A stretch of DNA of 64,000 nucleotides from Blastococcus sp. (GTDB taxonomy: Bacteria > Actinomycetota > Actinomycetes > Mycobacteriales > Geodermatophilaceae). The stretch is from contig JBELIQ010000013.1 in NCBI GenBank assembly GCA_042090795.1, positions 7,780 through 71,779 of the forward strand. Direction: 5' to 3'. Position 1 is the stretch's first letter, and the number at the start of each line of letters is the position of its first letter. The notes beneath the pieces were generated by a model. It saw only the letters and a program-made list of their open reading frames with translations. It did not search any database and had not been told where the DNA came from. The translations under genes and the position numbers were made by a program. Of this stretch, positions 29,384 to 38,456 are shown in pieces.

Positions 29384-32300
29384 ATGTCCTCGGCCCGGCC
29401 GGCGCAGGGGCGGGCAGCACACCCACGTCTGCCCCTGATCCTGCTCGCGGCGCTCTCCCTGCTGTCCTCCGTCGCGTTCGTCCTCGCGCCGGTGGAGCGC
29501 CCGGAGGCCGTCTACGGCTGGCCGTCGGCCCCGGGCGACGCGACGTCGGTCGCCATCCCGCTGATGCTGGAGCGGCCCGACCTGGTGCGCGCCGAGTGGG
29601 ACTGCGCCGCGGCACGGGCGGCCGACGACGGCACCGTCCTGCTCGCCACCACCGCCCTGGACCCGCCTCCCGGCGACGCCGGGCTCGCCGGGGGGCTGCG
29701 GGTCGCGGTCGAGGGAGGGGACGTGGTCGTCCGCTCCGGGGGCGCCGACCTCGCCGAGCGGTCGATCCCCGGCTCCGGTGACTGCGCCTGGGAGCTCTCC
29801 TCCACCGCCGGGTCCACGACGCTGCGCCTGGACGGCGAGGTCGTGGCCGAGGAATCCGGCGACGTGCGTCCGGCGGTCGCGGGCGTGTTCAGCGACGTCA
29901 CCGACCCGGCCGGGCTGTCGGTCGCGGTCACCGCCGACACGGTCTTCCAGACCTCCCCCACCCCGCTGAAGCAGGCACTGGCGGTGCTGGCCGTGCTCGC
30001 GCTGGCCGCGGCCGCCGTCCTCGTCGTCCGGACGGGGCGGCGCACCGACCCGGCCGGGACGGGCTCGCCGGCTGCTCCCGCCGCCCGCGCGGGCGGCGGC
30101 GTCCTGCGGCTGGGGGTCGACGCGGTCGTCGTCCTGGGCCTGGCGGTGTGGACCGTCATCGGGCCGATGACCGTCGACGACGGCTACATCTCCGGCATCA
30201 TCCGCAGCCGGGACGAGAACGGCTTCGTCGGCAACGTCTACCGCTGGTTCAACGCCCCCGAGGCGCCGTTCGGCTGGCACTACGAGTTGCTGGACCTGTG
30301 GTCGGAGGTCGGCCAGAGCACCCTCTGGTTGCGGGTGCCCTCGTCCCTGCTGGGGATCGCGACCTGGCTGCTGATCTCCCGGGGGCTCCTGCCGCGGCTG
30401 GGGCGCTTCGCGGCGGCCCGGTCGACCTATGCCGTCGCCGCGGCGACCTTCGCGCTGTGGTGGCTGCCCACCAACCTGGGCCTGCGCCCCGAGGCGTGGG
30501 TCGCCGCCGGACTCGCCGCCGTCATGGTCCTGGTCGAGCGCGGGCTGCGGCTCGGCCGGCCCGCACCGCTGCTGCTCGGGCTGGTGGTCGCCGGGGCGAC
30601 GCTCGCGGTGACCCCCACCGGGGCGGTCGCCTTCCTGCCCTTCCTGGCCGCGGCGGTGCCGATCCTCCGGCTCGCCCGCAGCTTGCCCCTCGGGTTGCCG
30701 GCCCTGACCGTCGTGGCCGTGGCGTCGGCCGGGACGGCCCTGCTGCTGGTGTTCGCCGACCAGAGCCTGGCCTCCCTCGGCGAGGCCAACCGCGTCCGCA
30801 GCGCCCTGCCCGGTTCGCTGCCCTGGTCCGACGAGCCCCAGCGCTGGTACCTGCTGCTGTCCAACGAGGACCTGCAGGGCTCCCTGGGCCGGCGGGTGCC
30901 GGTGCTGCTGGCCGTGGTCGCGGCTCTCGGGGTCGTGTGGCACCGGGTCTCGGCGCGCTGGCCCGGCACCGCGGACCGCGACGTCGCCGGACGCCTGGCC
31001 GCCACGTTCGGCCTGTCCCTGCTGGTCCTCCTGGCGACGCCGACGAAGTGGACGATGCACTTCAGCGCGCTGGTCCCGGTCGGGACCGCGCTCGTCGTGG
31101 TGGCGGTGCACCTCTTCGGCCCGGGGCTGCGCGCCGGATCGGCCGGTGGGCGGATCCCCACGGCGGCCCTCGCCCGGACCGCGGTGCCCCTCGCGATCGT
31201 GCTCCTCGTCGGCGCCCAGTCCTGGGCCGGGCTGAACCGGTGGGCCTACCTGTCCGACCTGGGCGTGCCGTGGAACGACACCCCGCCCGAGGTGCTCGGG
31301 CTGAGCATCTCCTCGATGTTCCTGATCCTCGCCCTGCTGGTGAGCGGAGCAGCCGCCGCGACGGTGATCTGGGCCCGGGCCCGCGACGTCGAGGACGTGC
31401 GCGTGCCGCTGGCCCGGTACCTGCCTTCCCCCGGCCTGGTGGCGGTGGCGCTGATCGTGCTCACGGTCGCGCTCCAGCTGGGCAGCTTCGTCCAGGCCAC
31501 CCGCGCGCAGCAGGGCAGCTACTCCCTGGCGTCCGACGCGGCCGCGACCCTCGGTGGTGAACCGTGCGGGCTGGCCGAGGAGCTGCGGGTGGAGCCCGAC
31601 CCGGCCGAGGGGCTGCTCGCCCCGGCGGAGGGCCTCCCCGGGACCGACGGCGAACCGGTGCTCGACGGGTTCGCCGCGGTGCCCGACGGCCGGGTGCCGA
31701 CCGGCCCGGACCTGACGACGGCCGGCGTCGACCTACCCGGCTGGGCAGCCACCGGCCGCACCGCCGAGGACAGCCGCGAACCCGCCCGCCTGGTCACCGG
31801 GTGGTTCGAGGTCCCGGACGCGTTCCTCGCGGAGGACCGCCCGCTCGTCGTGACGACCAGCGGCGACCGGCCGGCGGGCACGAGCGTGGTGGCCGAGTTC
31901 GGCAGCATCGGCGACGGCGGCGTGCAGGTCGTGGACAGCGTCCCGGTGCCCGACATCGATGGCGCCCCCTCCGCCCGCGACGGCCGGGTGGCCCCGGGCG
32001 CGGTGCCGGCGGAGGCCGGGCTGGTCCGGCTGGTCGCCGAGGACGGCGGAGTCGAGGGCGACGTGCCGCTGGCGGTGTCGGTCCCGAGGGTGCCGGTCAC
32101 GGTGCCGTTCCAGGACGTCGTCGATCCCGGCACGCCGGCGCTGGTCGACTGGCCGGTCGCCTTCGTCTTCCCCTGCCAGTCGCCGGCCGTGCAGCAGAAC
32201 GGCCTCACCGACGTCCCGGAGTGGCGGATCTCCCCCGACCCCGCCGACGCCGGGGACATCGTCGTCCAGGAGGAGCTCGGCGGCCCCTACGCACCTGCCC

Positions 32301-32452
32301 GTTCCCTGGTGGACCAGGAGCAGGTGCCGGTGTACCTCCCCGACCGCCCGCTCGAGCGCCCCGTCTCCCTCTACGCCTGGGAACCCCGGACCGAGCTGGC
32401 CGAGCCGGTGCGCCGGATCACCACGGAGACGGTCGCCGGCTGGGCGGGCTGA
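29384..32452 (+). CDS. emb: Emb-family arabinosyltransferase (GT53)
   Basis: TVDDGY, YRWFNAPEAPFGW, NLGLRPE, PTKWTMHF, DWPVAFVFPCQ. Confidence 0.9.
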   Translation: MSSARPAQGRAAHPRLPLILLAALSLLSSVAFVLAPVERPEAVYGWPSAPGDATSVAIPLMLERPDLVRAEWDCAAARAADDGTVLLATTALDPPPGDAGLAGGLRVAVEGGDVVVRSGGADLAERSIPGSGDCAWELSSTAGSTTLRLDGEVVAEESGDVRPAVAGVFSDVTDPAGLSVAVTADTVFQTSPTPLKQALAVLAVLALAAAAVLVVRTGRRTDPAGTGSPAAPAARAGGGVLRLGVDAVVVLGLAVWTVIGPMTVDDGYISGIIRSRDENGFVGNVYRWFNAPEAPFGWHYELLDLWSEVGQSTLWLRVPSSLLGIATWLLISRGLLPRLGRFAAARSTYAVAAATFALWWLPTNLGLRPEAWVAAGLAAVMVLVERGLRLGRPAPLLLGLVVAGATLAVTPTGAVAFLPFLAAAVPILRLARSLPLGLPALTVVAVASAGTALLLVFADQSLASLGEANRVRSALPGSLPWSDEPQRWYLLLSNEDLQGSLGRRVPVLLAVVAALGVVWHRVSARWPGTADRDVAGRLAATFGLSLLVLLATPTKWTMHFSALVPVGTALVVVAVHLFGPGLRAGSAGGRIPTAALARTAVPLAIVLLVGAQSWAGLNRWAYLSDLGVPWNDTPPEVLGLSISSMFLILALLVSGAAAATVIWARARDVEDVRVPLARYLPSPGLVAVALIVLTVALQLGSFVQATRAQQGSYSLASDAAATLGGEPCGLAEELRVEPDPAEGLLAPAEGLPGTDGEPVLDGFAAVPDGRVPTGPDLTTAGVDLPGWAATGRTAEDSREPARLVTGWFEVPDAFLAEDRPLVVTTSGDRPAGTSVVAEFGSIGDGGVQVVDSVPVPDIDGAPSARDGRVAPGAVPAEAGLVRLVAEDGGVEGDVPLAVSVPRVPVTVPFQDVVDPGTPALVDWPVAFVFPCQSPAVQQNGLTDVPEWRISPDPADAGDIVVQEELGGPYAPARSLVDQEQVPVYLPDRPLERPVSLYAWEPRTELAEPVRRITTETVAGWAG

Positions 32453-32627
32453 TCCTCCGACCGTTCCTCCCCGGTGTGACCAGTGCGACCACGGAGGGCT
32501 CCCGTGACGAGGCGGGCGTGGGCGTCCCCGCCGGGCCGGCTCAACCTGTGTCGGACGACCGATCGGTGCGCCCGTCCGATCTAGCATCGCGTGTACCGCC
32601 GAGCAGCCGCCAGCAGTGAGGACCTCC

Positions 32628-34184
32628 GTGAGCCGAGACCGGAACGAGCCCGACGACCGTCACGGTCGTCCGCTCCCGCCGAGCCTCGACCCGCGAGCCG
32701 GCCGCCCGCCGCGCAGGACGACGGACCGGGGCGCCTCCGCCGCCGGGGGCTCCGGCCGGACCGGTGCCGGTGCCCGCCGTGCCGCCATGGGCGCACGCGC
32801 GGTGGCCACCGTGCTGTCGCTGGTGCTGCTGGTCGCCAGCGGCTGGGGGTGGTACCTCGGCCAGGTGGCGGACGCTTCGGTCAACCGCACCGACGCCATC
32901 CCGTCCGACGGCAACGAGGGCGGCGGCGGCTCGGCGATGAACCTCCTGCTGGTCGGCAACGACAGCCGCACGACGCTGTCCGACGAGCTCAAGTCCCAGC
33001 TGCACACCGGTGGCGACCAGGGTTTCAACACCGACACGATGATCCTCGTCCACGTGCCGGCCGACGGGTCCCGGGCCGCGTTCGTCTCCTTCCCGCGCGA
33101 CTCCTACGTGGAGATCCCGGGCTACGGGAAGGACAAGCTCAACGCGGCCTACGCCTACGGCCGGCAGAACGCCCCGGACGACGCCCCGGAGGAGGAGAAG
33201 TCGGGGCAGGGCGCGCAACTGCTGGTGCAGACCATCAGCGGCCTCACCGGCCTGAAGATCGACCACTACGCCGAGATCGACCTGCTCGGCTTCTTCAACC
33301 TCACCGAGGTCGTGGGCGGGGTCGAGGTCAACCTGTGCGCGCCCGTCGACGACCGCAGGTACTCCGGGGCCGTCTTCCCGGCCGGGCCCCAGGTCATCTC
33401 CGGCGCCGACGCCGTCAAGTTCGTGCGCCAGCGCCACGGGCTGCCCCGGGTCGACCTCGACCGCATCGTCCGCCAGCAGGTCTTCATCGGCGGTGTGCTC
33501 CGCAAGATGCTGTCCGAGGACGTGATGCTGGACCTGGGCCGGCAGCGCGAGCTCGCCGAGGCCGCCTCCAAGGCGCTCACCGTCGACCGGAACCTCGAGC
33601 TGCTCGATCTCGCCCAGCAGATGCAGACGGTCACCGCCGGCAGCATCAAGTTCCAGACCATCCCGATCGTGACCCCCGACGGGCGTGACGAGCAGGGCCG
33701 CTCGATCGTCCAGCTCGAGGACGAGGAGACCCTGCACGCCTTCTTCGCCGACCTCTCGGCGGAGCCGGCGAAGCCCGCGACGACCCCCGCCCCGACCAGC
33801 GAGGCGCCCCCCACGGCGGCGCCGTCGGAGGTCACCGTGGAGGTCTTCAACGGCTCGGGCACCTCCGGCCTCGCGGGCACCGCGGCCGATGCGCTCACCG
33901 AGGCCGGGTACGTCGTCGGCAGCACCGGCAACGCGGACTCGATGGACTACACCCGGACCGAGATCCGCTACGCCACCGCCAGCAAGGCGCAGGCGACGAC
34001 GCTGGCCACCGCGGTCCCGGGCGCGAAGCTCACCGCCGACGAGGACGTGCCGGCCGGCACGACCCACCTGGTGATCGGCTCGGACTTCAACGGCATCGGG
34101 CAGGCGGTGACCCAGCAGCCCGCCCCCGAGAAGACCGAGGGCGCCCCTGCCCGCACCGCCGCCGACTCCTCCTGCATCAACTGA
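32628..34184 (+). CDS. LCP (LytR-CpsA-Psr) glycopolymer-peptidoglycan ligase with LytR_C domain
   Basis: LLVGNDSR, TDTMILVH, SFPRDSYV, KLNAAY, FVRQRH...D.DRIVRQQ; C-terminal VEVFNGSG. Confidence 0.93.
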   Translation: MSRDRNEPDDRHGRPLPPSLDPRAGRPPRRTTDRGASAAGGSGRTGAGARRAAMGARAVATVLSLVLLVASGWGWYLGQVADASVNRTDAIPSDGNEGGGGSAMNLLLVGNDSRTTLSDELKSQLHTGGDQGFNTDTMILVHVPADGSRAAFVSFPRDSYVEIPGYGKDKLNAAYAYGRQNAPDDAPEEEKSGQGAQLLVQTISGLTGLKIDHYAEIDLLGFFNLTEVVGGVEVNLCAPVDDRRYSGAVFPAGPQVISGADAVKFVRQRHGLPRVDLDRIVRQQVFIGGVLRKMLSEDVMLDLGRQRELAEAASKALTVDRNLELLDLAQQMQTVTAGSIKFQTIPIVTPDGRDEQGRSIVQLEDEETLHAFFADLSAEPAKPATTPAPTSEAPPTAAPSEVTVEVFNGSGTSGLAGTAADALTEAGYVVGSTGNADSMDYTRTEIRYATASKAQATTLATAVPGAKLTADEDVPAGTTHLVIGSDFNGIGQAVTQQPAPEKTEGAPARTAADSSCIN

Positions 34185-34231
34185 CGGCGACGCGTCGCCG
34201 CCCGGTTCCCGGCTGTTAACCTCGGCGGACC

Positions 34232-35899
34232 TTGTCCGGCGTCGATGGTCCCGGTGCTCGTGCGCGGCGCCCAGCCCACAGAGGAGACGCGCCCCTGCTG
34301 TCCCACCTGGTCCTGGACGACGACGGCCTCTCCTTCGACGCCTCGCCCGAGGACGACGACCGCGTGCTCGACCTGCTGCTCGCCGGACGGCGGATCTGGT
34401 CGTTCCGCGTCTCGGCGACCGAGCCCGGTACGTCGGGTGAGCCGCACCGCCGCCGGCTGCCGTGGCCGCGGCCGCTGCGGCCGTACCTGACCGGCACCGG
34501 CACGATCGGCCTGCGCCCCATCGACGGCGGCTCGGACGTGCTGACCGCCGCCGCGCGGTTCGGCGACGGCGACCGGCCGCTCCGGTTCGACGACCGCCAC
34601 GGCATCGGGCTGGTCATCAACAAGTTCGGGCGCATCGGCCATGCGCTGGCCGACTACGACCCCGGCATGGTGCCGCGGCTGCTGGACAACCTCGACCGCG
34701 TCCGGGCGGCGCTCGCCGAGCACCGGCCCGACCTGCCCGTCTACGTCATGAGCGGCACCCTGCTCGGCCCCTACCGGGACGGCCGGATCATGCCGCACGA
34801 CGACGACGCCGACCTCGGCTACCTGAGCGCGCACAGCCACCCCGCCGACGTGGTCCGCGAGGCCTTCCAGCTGGGCCGGATCCTGCGCGCCGCCGGGCTG
34901 GACGCCATCCGCGCCTCGGCCGGCCACGTGCAGGTCCACTTCAGCCACGAGGGCCGGCCCGATGCCTACGTCGACCTCTTCACGGGGTTCATCGACGAGC
35001 AGGGCTGGTGGCAGCACACCTTCGCGATCCGGCTGCAGGCGCGCCGCGACCAGGTCGTCCCCACGATCACCGTCGACGTGGAGGGCCGCCCCGAGCCCGC
35101 GCCCCGGGAGCCGGAGCTCATGCTCGAGGCCAACTACGGCCCGGGGTGGAAGGTGCCCGACCCCTCCTACCGGTTCGACATCCCCCGCTCCGTCCAGGAC
35201 CGGTTCTGGGGCTGGTTCTCCGACTACGGCATGGACCGCACCATGTGGGAGGACTTCTACCGCTACGACATCGAGGGCGCCCGCGTGCCGCTGGGCAGCA
35301 CGCCGTCGGGCTACGCCCGCTGGCTGGCCGGCCGGATCCCCCCGGGCAGCCGGGTGCTGGAGCTCGGCACCGGACGGGGTCACGACGCGCTGTGGCTGGC
35401 CGCGCAGGGGTTCGACGTCGAGGCGCTGGACTACGTGCGCTGGCCCGTGCGCGCGGCCACCGAGGCCGCCGAGGAGCAGGGCTCGACGGCCCGTTTCCGG
35501 GTGCTCAACCTCTACGACCTGCGCCGGGTGATCACCCTCGGCGCCGAGCTGGCCGCCCGCCGGGAGCCGCTGGTCGTCTACGGCCGGGGGCTGCTCGGCA
35601 ACTACTGGGACATCGGGCGGCCCATCCTGCTGCGCGGGCTGTCGATGCTGCTGCGCAGCGGCGGGCAGGCGCACCTGGACGTGCCCCGCACCAGCCTGCT
35701 CCCCCAGCCGGGCACCGGCGTCCCGATGCACCGGGCGGTGCCGGTGGACACGCTGCGCGCGGAGCTGGCCCCCTACGGGCTGCGGATCGACGAGGTGCAC
35801 GACGCCGACGAGGTGGACGGGCACACGCCCTGGGAGACGGGCACCGACCCGCTCCCGACGACGAGGATGGTGGTGACATGGCAGCGACCGGTGCGGTGA
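34232..35899 (+). CDS. LicD-like nucleotidyltransferase-fold domain fused to a class I SAM methyltransferase
   Basis: SGTLLGPYRDGRIMPHDDDADLGY (LicD-type GTLLG...DDD.D); VLELGTGRGHDA...EALDY (motif I). Confidence 0.78.
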   Translation: MSGVDGPGARARRPAHRGDAPLLSHLVLDDDGLSFDASPEDDDRVLDLLLAGRRIWSFRVSATEPGTSGEPHRRRLPWPRPLRPYLTGTGTIGLRPIDGGSDVLTAAARFGDGDRPLRFDDRHGIGLVINKFGRIGHALADYDPGMVPRLLDNLDRVRAALAEHRPDLPVYVMSGTLLGPYRDGRIMPHDDDADLGYLSAHSHPADVVREAFQLGRILRAAGLDAIRASAGHVQVHFSHEGRPDAYVDLFTGFIDEQGWWQHTFAIRLQARRDQVVPTITVDVEGRPEPAPREPELMLEANYGPGWKVPDPSYRFDIPRSVQDRFWGWFSDYGMDRTMWEDFYRYDIEGARVPLGSTPSGYARWLAGRIPPGSRVLELGTGRGHDALWLAAQGFDVEALDYVRWPVRAATEAAEEQGSTARFRVLNLYDLRRVITLGAELAARREPLVVYGRGLLGNYWDIGRPILLRGLSMLLRSGGQAHLDVPRTSLLPQPGTGVPMHRAVPVDTLRAELAPYGLRIDEVHDADEVDGHTPWETGTDPLPTTRMVVTWQRPVR

Positions 35900-36243
35900 A
35901 GCGGCTGGTGCGGGCCCCGGCGAAGGCGTTCCGGAAGGCCCTCTTCCCGGACTACGAGGCAGTGCTCCGCGACATCCGGCTGGCCTTCGACTCCCTCAAG
36001 GCCGCGCACCGCGGCATCGCCGACCTGCAGGTGGAGAACGCCGCGCTGCGGTCCCGCCTGGACGAGGCGTACGGACGCCTGGACGAGGCGCTGCCGCGAC
36101 TGGCCGAGGGCCTGCTCGAGGAGCGCCGGCTCAACCTGCGCATCGCCGAGCTGACCGACCTGGTGACCGAGGTCGTGCTGCCGCTGCACGACCGGGACAT
36201 CGACCCCGGGCAGCTGCAGAGGCTGGCTCCGGACACCCTCTGA
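35896..36243 (+). CDS. Small coiled-coil protein (DUF6752-like), coupled to the upstream gene
   Basis: GTGA overlap; heptad pattern ending EERRLNLRIAELTDLVTEVVLP. Confidence 0.75.
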   Translation: MKRLVRAPAKAFRKALFPDYEAVLRDIRLAFDSLKAAHRGIADLQVENAALRSRLDEAYGRLDEALPRLAEGLLEERRLNLRIAELTDLVTEVVLPLHDRDIDPGQLQRLAPDTL

Positions 36244-36262
36244 GACGTCCGCACCCGCGGCC

Positions 36263-36287
36263 ACCCCCGTCCGCCGGGGACGGGGGT
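36263..36287. terminator. Hairpin between convergent genes
   Basis: ACCCCCGTCC-GCCGG-GGACGGGGGT, perfect 10-bp stem. Confidence 0.75.
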
Positions 36288-36291
36288 CGGC

Positions 36292-37047
36292 TCAGAAGGG
36301 CAGCCGGCGGAACACCGCGCGCGGCGTGTGGCGCAGGCCGCTCATCACCCAGCGCATCGCGCCGGGGACCCACACGGTGTGCCGGCCCTTGCGGACGCCG
36401 GTGACGATCGCCTCGGCCACGGCCTCCGGCGTCGTGGACAGCGGCGCCTCGGCCATGCCCTCGGTCATCTTCGACCGCACGAAACCGGGCCGGACGACCA
36501 GCACCGACACCCCGGTGCCCACGAGGGAGTCGGCCAGGCCCGAGTAGAACGCGTCCACACCGGCCTTGGTGGAGCCGTAGACGTAGTTGGACCGCCGGGC
36601 CCGCTCCCCGGCCACGGACGACAGCACGACGATCGCCCCGTGGCCCTGGCTGCGCATCCGGTTGGCCAGGGCCGTGCCGACGACCACCGGGGCCACGTAG
36701 TTCACCTGCCCGAGCGCACCGGCCGCACCGGGGTCGGCGGCGAGCTGCTCCTGGTCGCCGAGCTGACCGAAGGCGACCACCGCGACGTCGATGTCCGCAC
36801 CGGCCGCGGCGGCGGCGACCATGCGCTCGGGCGAACCCGGGTCGTCGGCGTCGAAGTCGACGACGTCGACGTCGGCACCGGCGGCTCGGAGCTCGTCGGC
36901 CACGGCGGCCCGGCGCGGGGAGTTCCGCGCCGCGACGACGACGCGCAGCGGCCGCTCGGCCAGGTAGCGGCGGGCGGTGGCCACGGCGATGTCGGAGGTT
37001 CCGCCGACGAGCAGCAGCGAGCTCGGGGATCCGAGGGCGTCGATCAC
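36292..37047 (-). CDS. dprE2: Decaprenylphospho-2-keto-erythropentose reductase
   Basis: IDALGSPSSLLLVGGTSDI, AFGQLGD, RRSNYVYGSTKAG; directly downstream of dprE1. Confidence 0.93.
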   Translation of the reverse strand: MIDALGSPSSLLLVGGTSDIAVATARRYLAERPLRVVVAARNSPRRAAVADELRAAGADVDVVDFDADDPGSPERMVAAAAAGADIDVAVVAFGQLGDQEQLAADPGAAGALGQVNYVAPVVVGTALANRMRSQGHGAIVVLSSVAGERARRSNYVYGSTKAGVDAFYSGLADSLVGTGVSVLVVRPGFVRSKMTEGMAEAPLSTTPEAVAEAIVTGVRKGRHTVWVPGAMRWVMSGLRHTPRAVFRRLPF

Positions 37048-38456
37048 AGCGAGAGCCTCCTGGCCAGGTCGGACGTGAACACACCGTCGGGGTCCACCCG
37101 CTCGCGGACCGCGCGGAACTCCTCGAGCCGCGGGTACATCCGCGCGAAGGTCTCCGGGCGGACCCGGGAGTCCTTGGCCAGGTAGGTCCGTCCCTCGGCG
37201 GCGACGACGACCTCGTCCAGGGAGTCGAGCAGACCGGCCAGCCCCTTCATCACGGGGATGTCCAGCGCCAGCGTCCACCCCGGCGACGGGTAGGACAGCA
37301 TGCCGGGGTTGCCGGGGCCGAAGCGCTTGAGCACGGCGAGGAAGGACGCCGTCCCGAACGAGCTGAGCCGGTCCAGCACCTCGCGCATGGCCTCCTCCTG
37401 CCCGAAGGGCACGGTGACCTGGTACTGCACGAAGCCGCGCGGGCCGTAGATGCGGTTCCAGCCGCCCACGGCGTCGAGCGGGTGGAAGAAGGTCGGGATG
37501 CTCTGCAGCTGGTCGCGCTTCTTCTTGGGCGACTTGCGGTACCAGAGCTCGTTGAACGCCGCGACCGTGGCCAGGTTCAGCAGCCCGGGCGGGAAGACGT
37601 CGGGGACCGACACCTTGATCGAGCCGTGGTAGGCCAGCGGGTCGGCCTTCCGCTTCTCCGGCAGCTCGTCGAGCGTGGCGAAGCGGCCGCGGGTGACCAC
37701 CGAGCGGCCCATGCGCCGCCCCTTGGCCAGCGTGTCGATCCAGGCGACCGAGTACTCGTAGAGGTGGTCGGTCTCGGCCAGCAGCGTCATGAGCGAGTCG
37801 AGGTCGGGCGTGCGGTCGGTGTCGACCAGGCAGCGCGAGGACTCGATCCGCTTCAGCTGCACCTGCGCGCGCAGGATCACCCCGGTCAGGCCCATGCCGC
37901 CGGCGGTGGCCCAGAAGAGGTCCGGGTCCTGCTCGGGGCTGACCCGCCGCACCTCGCCGTCGGCGGTGAGCAGGTCCAGCCACCGGACGTGCTGGGCGAA
38001 GCTGCCCGCGACGTGGTGGTTCTTGCCGTGGATGTCCGCCCCGATGGCCCCCCCGACGGTCACCAGGCGGGTGCCCGGCGTCACGGGCACGAAGAAGCCC
38101 TGCGGGACGAAGCGGTTCATCAGCTCGTCCAGCGAGATGCCGGCCTCGACGTCGACCAGACCGGTCTCCGGGTCGAAGGACAGCACGCGGGCGGCCGCGG
38201 TCATGTCCAGCACGTGGCCACCGGCGTTCTGCGCCGCGTCGCCGTAGCTGCGGGCCAGACCGCGGGCCACCACACCACGACCGCCGGCGGCGGCGAGCAC
38301 CGCACGCACCTCGGCGTCGTCGTGGACGGGGGTGAGCACCGCCGGCGTCGGCGCGGTGCGGCCCCAGCCGTGGAGAGCCACGGCTTCGCCGGCCCCGTCC
38401 AGGGGCCCGCGCCGAGCCTGCGAGGCGTGGGGGGGACGGGGTGTTTCGTCAGACAT
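37044..38456 (-). CDS. dprE1: Decaprenylphosphoryl-ribose 2'-oxidase (FAD)
   Basis: GWGRTAP, RGLARSYGDAAQN, PVTPGTR.VTVGGAIGADIHGKNHH, SFLAVLKRFG, YLAKDSR. Confidence 0.95.
   Translation of the reverse strand: MSDETPRPPHASQARRGPLDGAGEAVALHGWGRTAPTPAVLTPVHDDAEVRAVLAAAGGRGVVARGLARSYGDAAQNAGGHVLDMTAAARVLSFDPETGLVDVEAGISLDELMNRFVPQGFFVPVTPGTRLVTVGGAIGADIHGKNHHVAGSFAQHVRWLDLLTADGEVRRVSPEQDPDLFWATAGGMGLTGVILRAQVQLKRIESSRCLVDTDRTPDLDSLMTLLAETDHLYEYSVAWIDTLAKGRRMGRSVVTRGRFATLDELPEKRKADPLAYHGSIKVSVPDVFPPGLLNLATVAAFNELWYRKSPKKKRDQLQSIPTFFHPLDAVGGWNRIYGPRGFVQYQVTVPFGQEEAMREVLDRLSSFGTASFLAVLKRFGPGNPGMLSYPSPGWTLALDIPVMKGLAGLLDSLDEVVVAAEGRTYLAKDSRVRPETFARMYPRLEEFRAVRERVDPDGVFTSDLARRLSL
38390..38453 (-). 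repeat. Nested palindromic repeat element at the ubiA stop / dprE1 N-terminus
   Basis: GTCTGACGAAACA-CCCCGTCC...CGCC-TCGCAGGCTC-GGCG...GGACGGGG-CCG. Confidence 0.88.
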
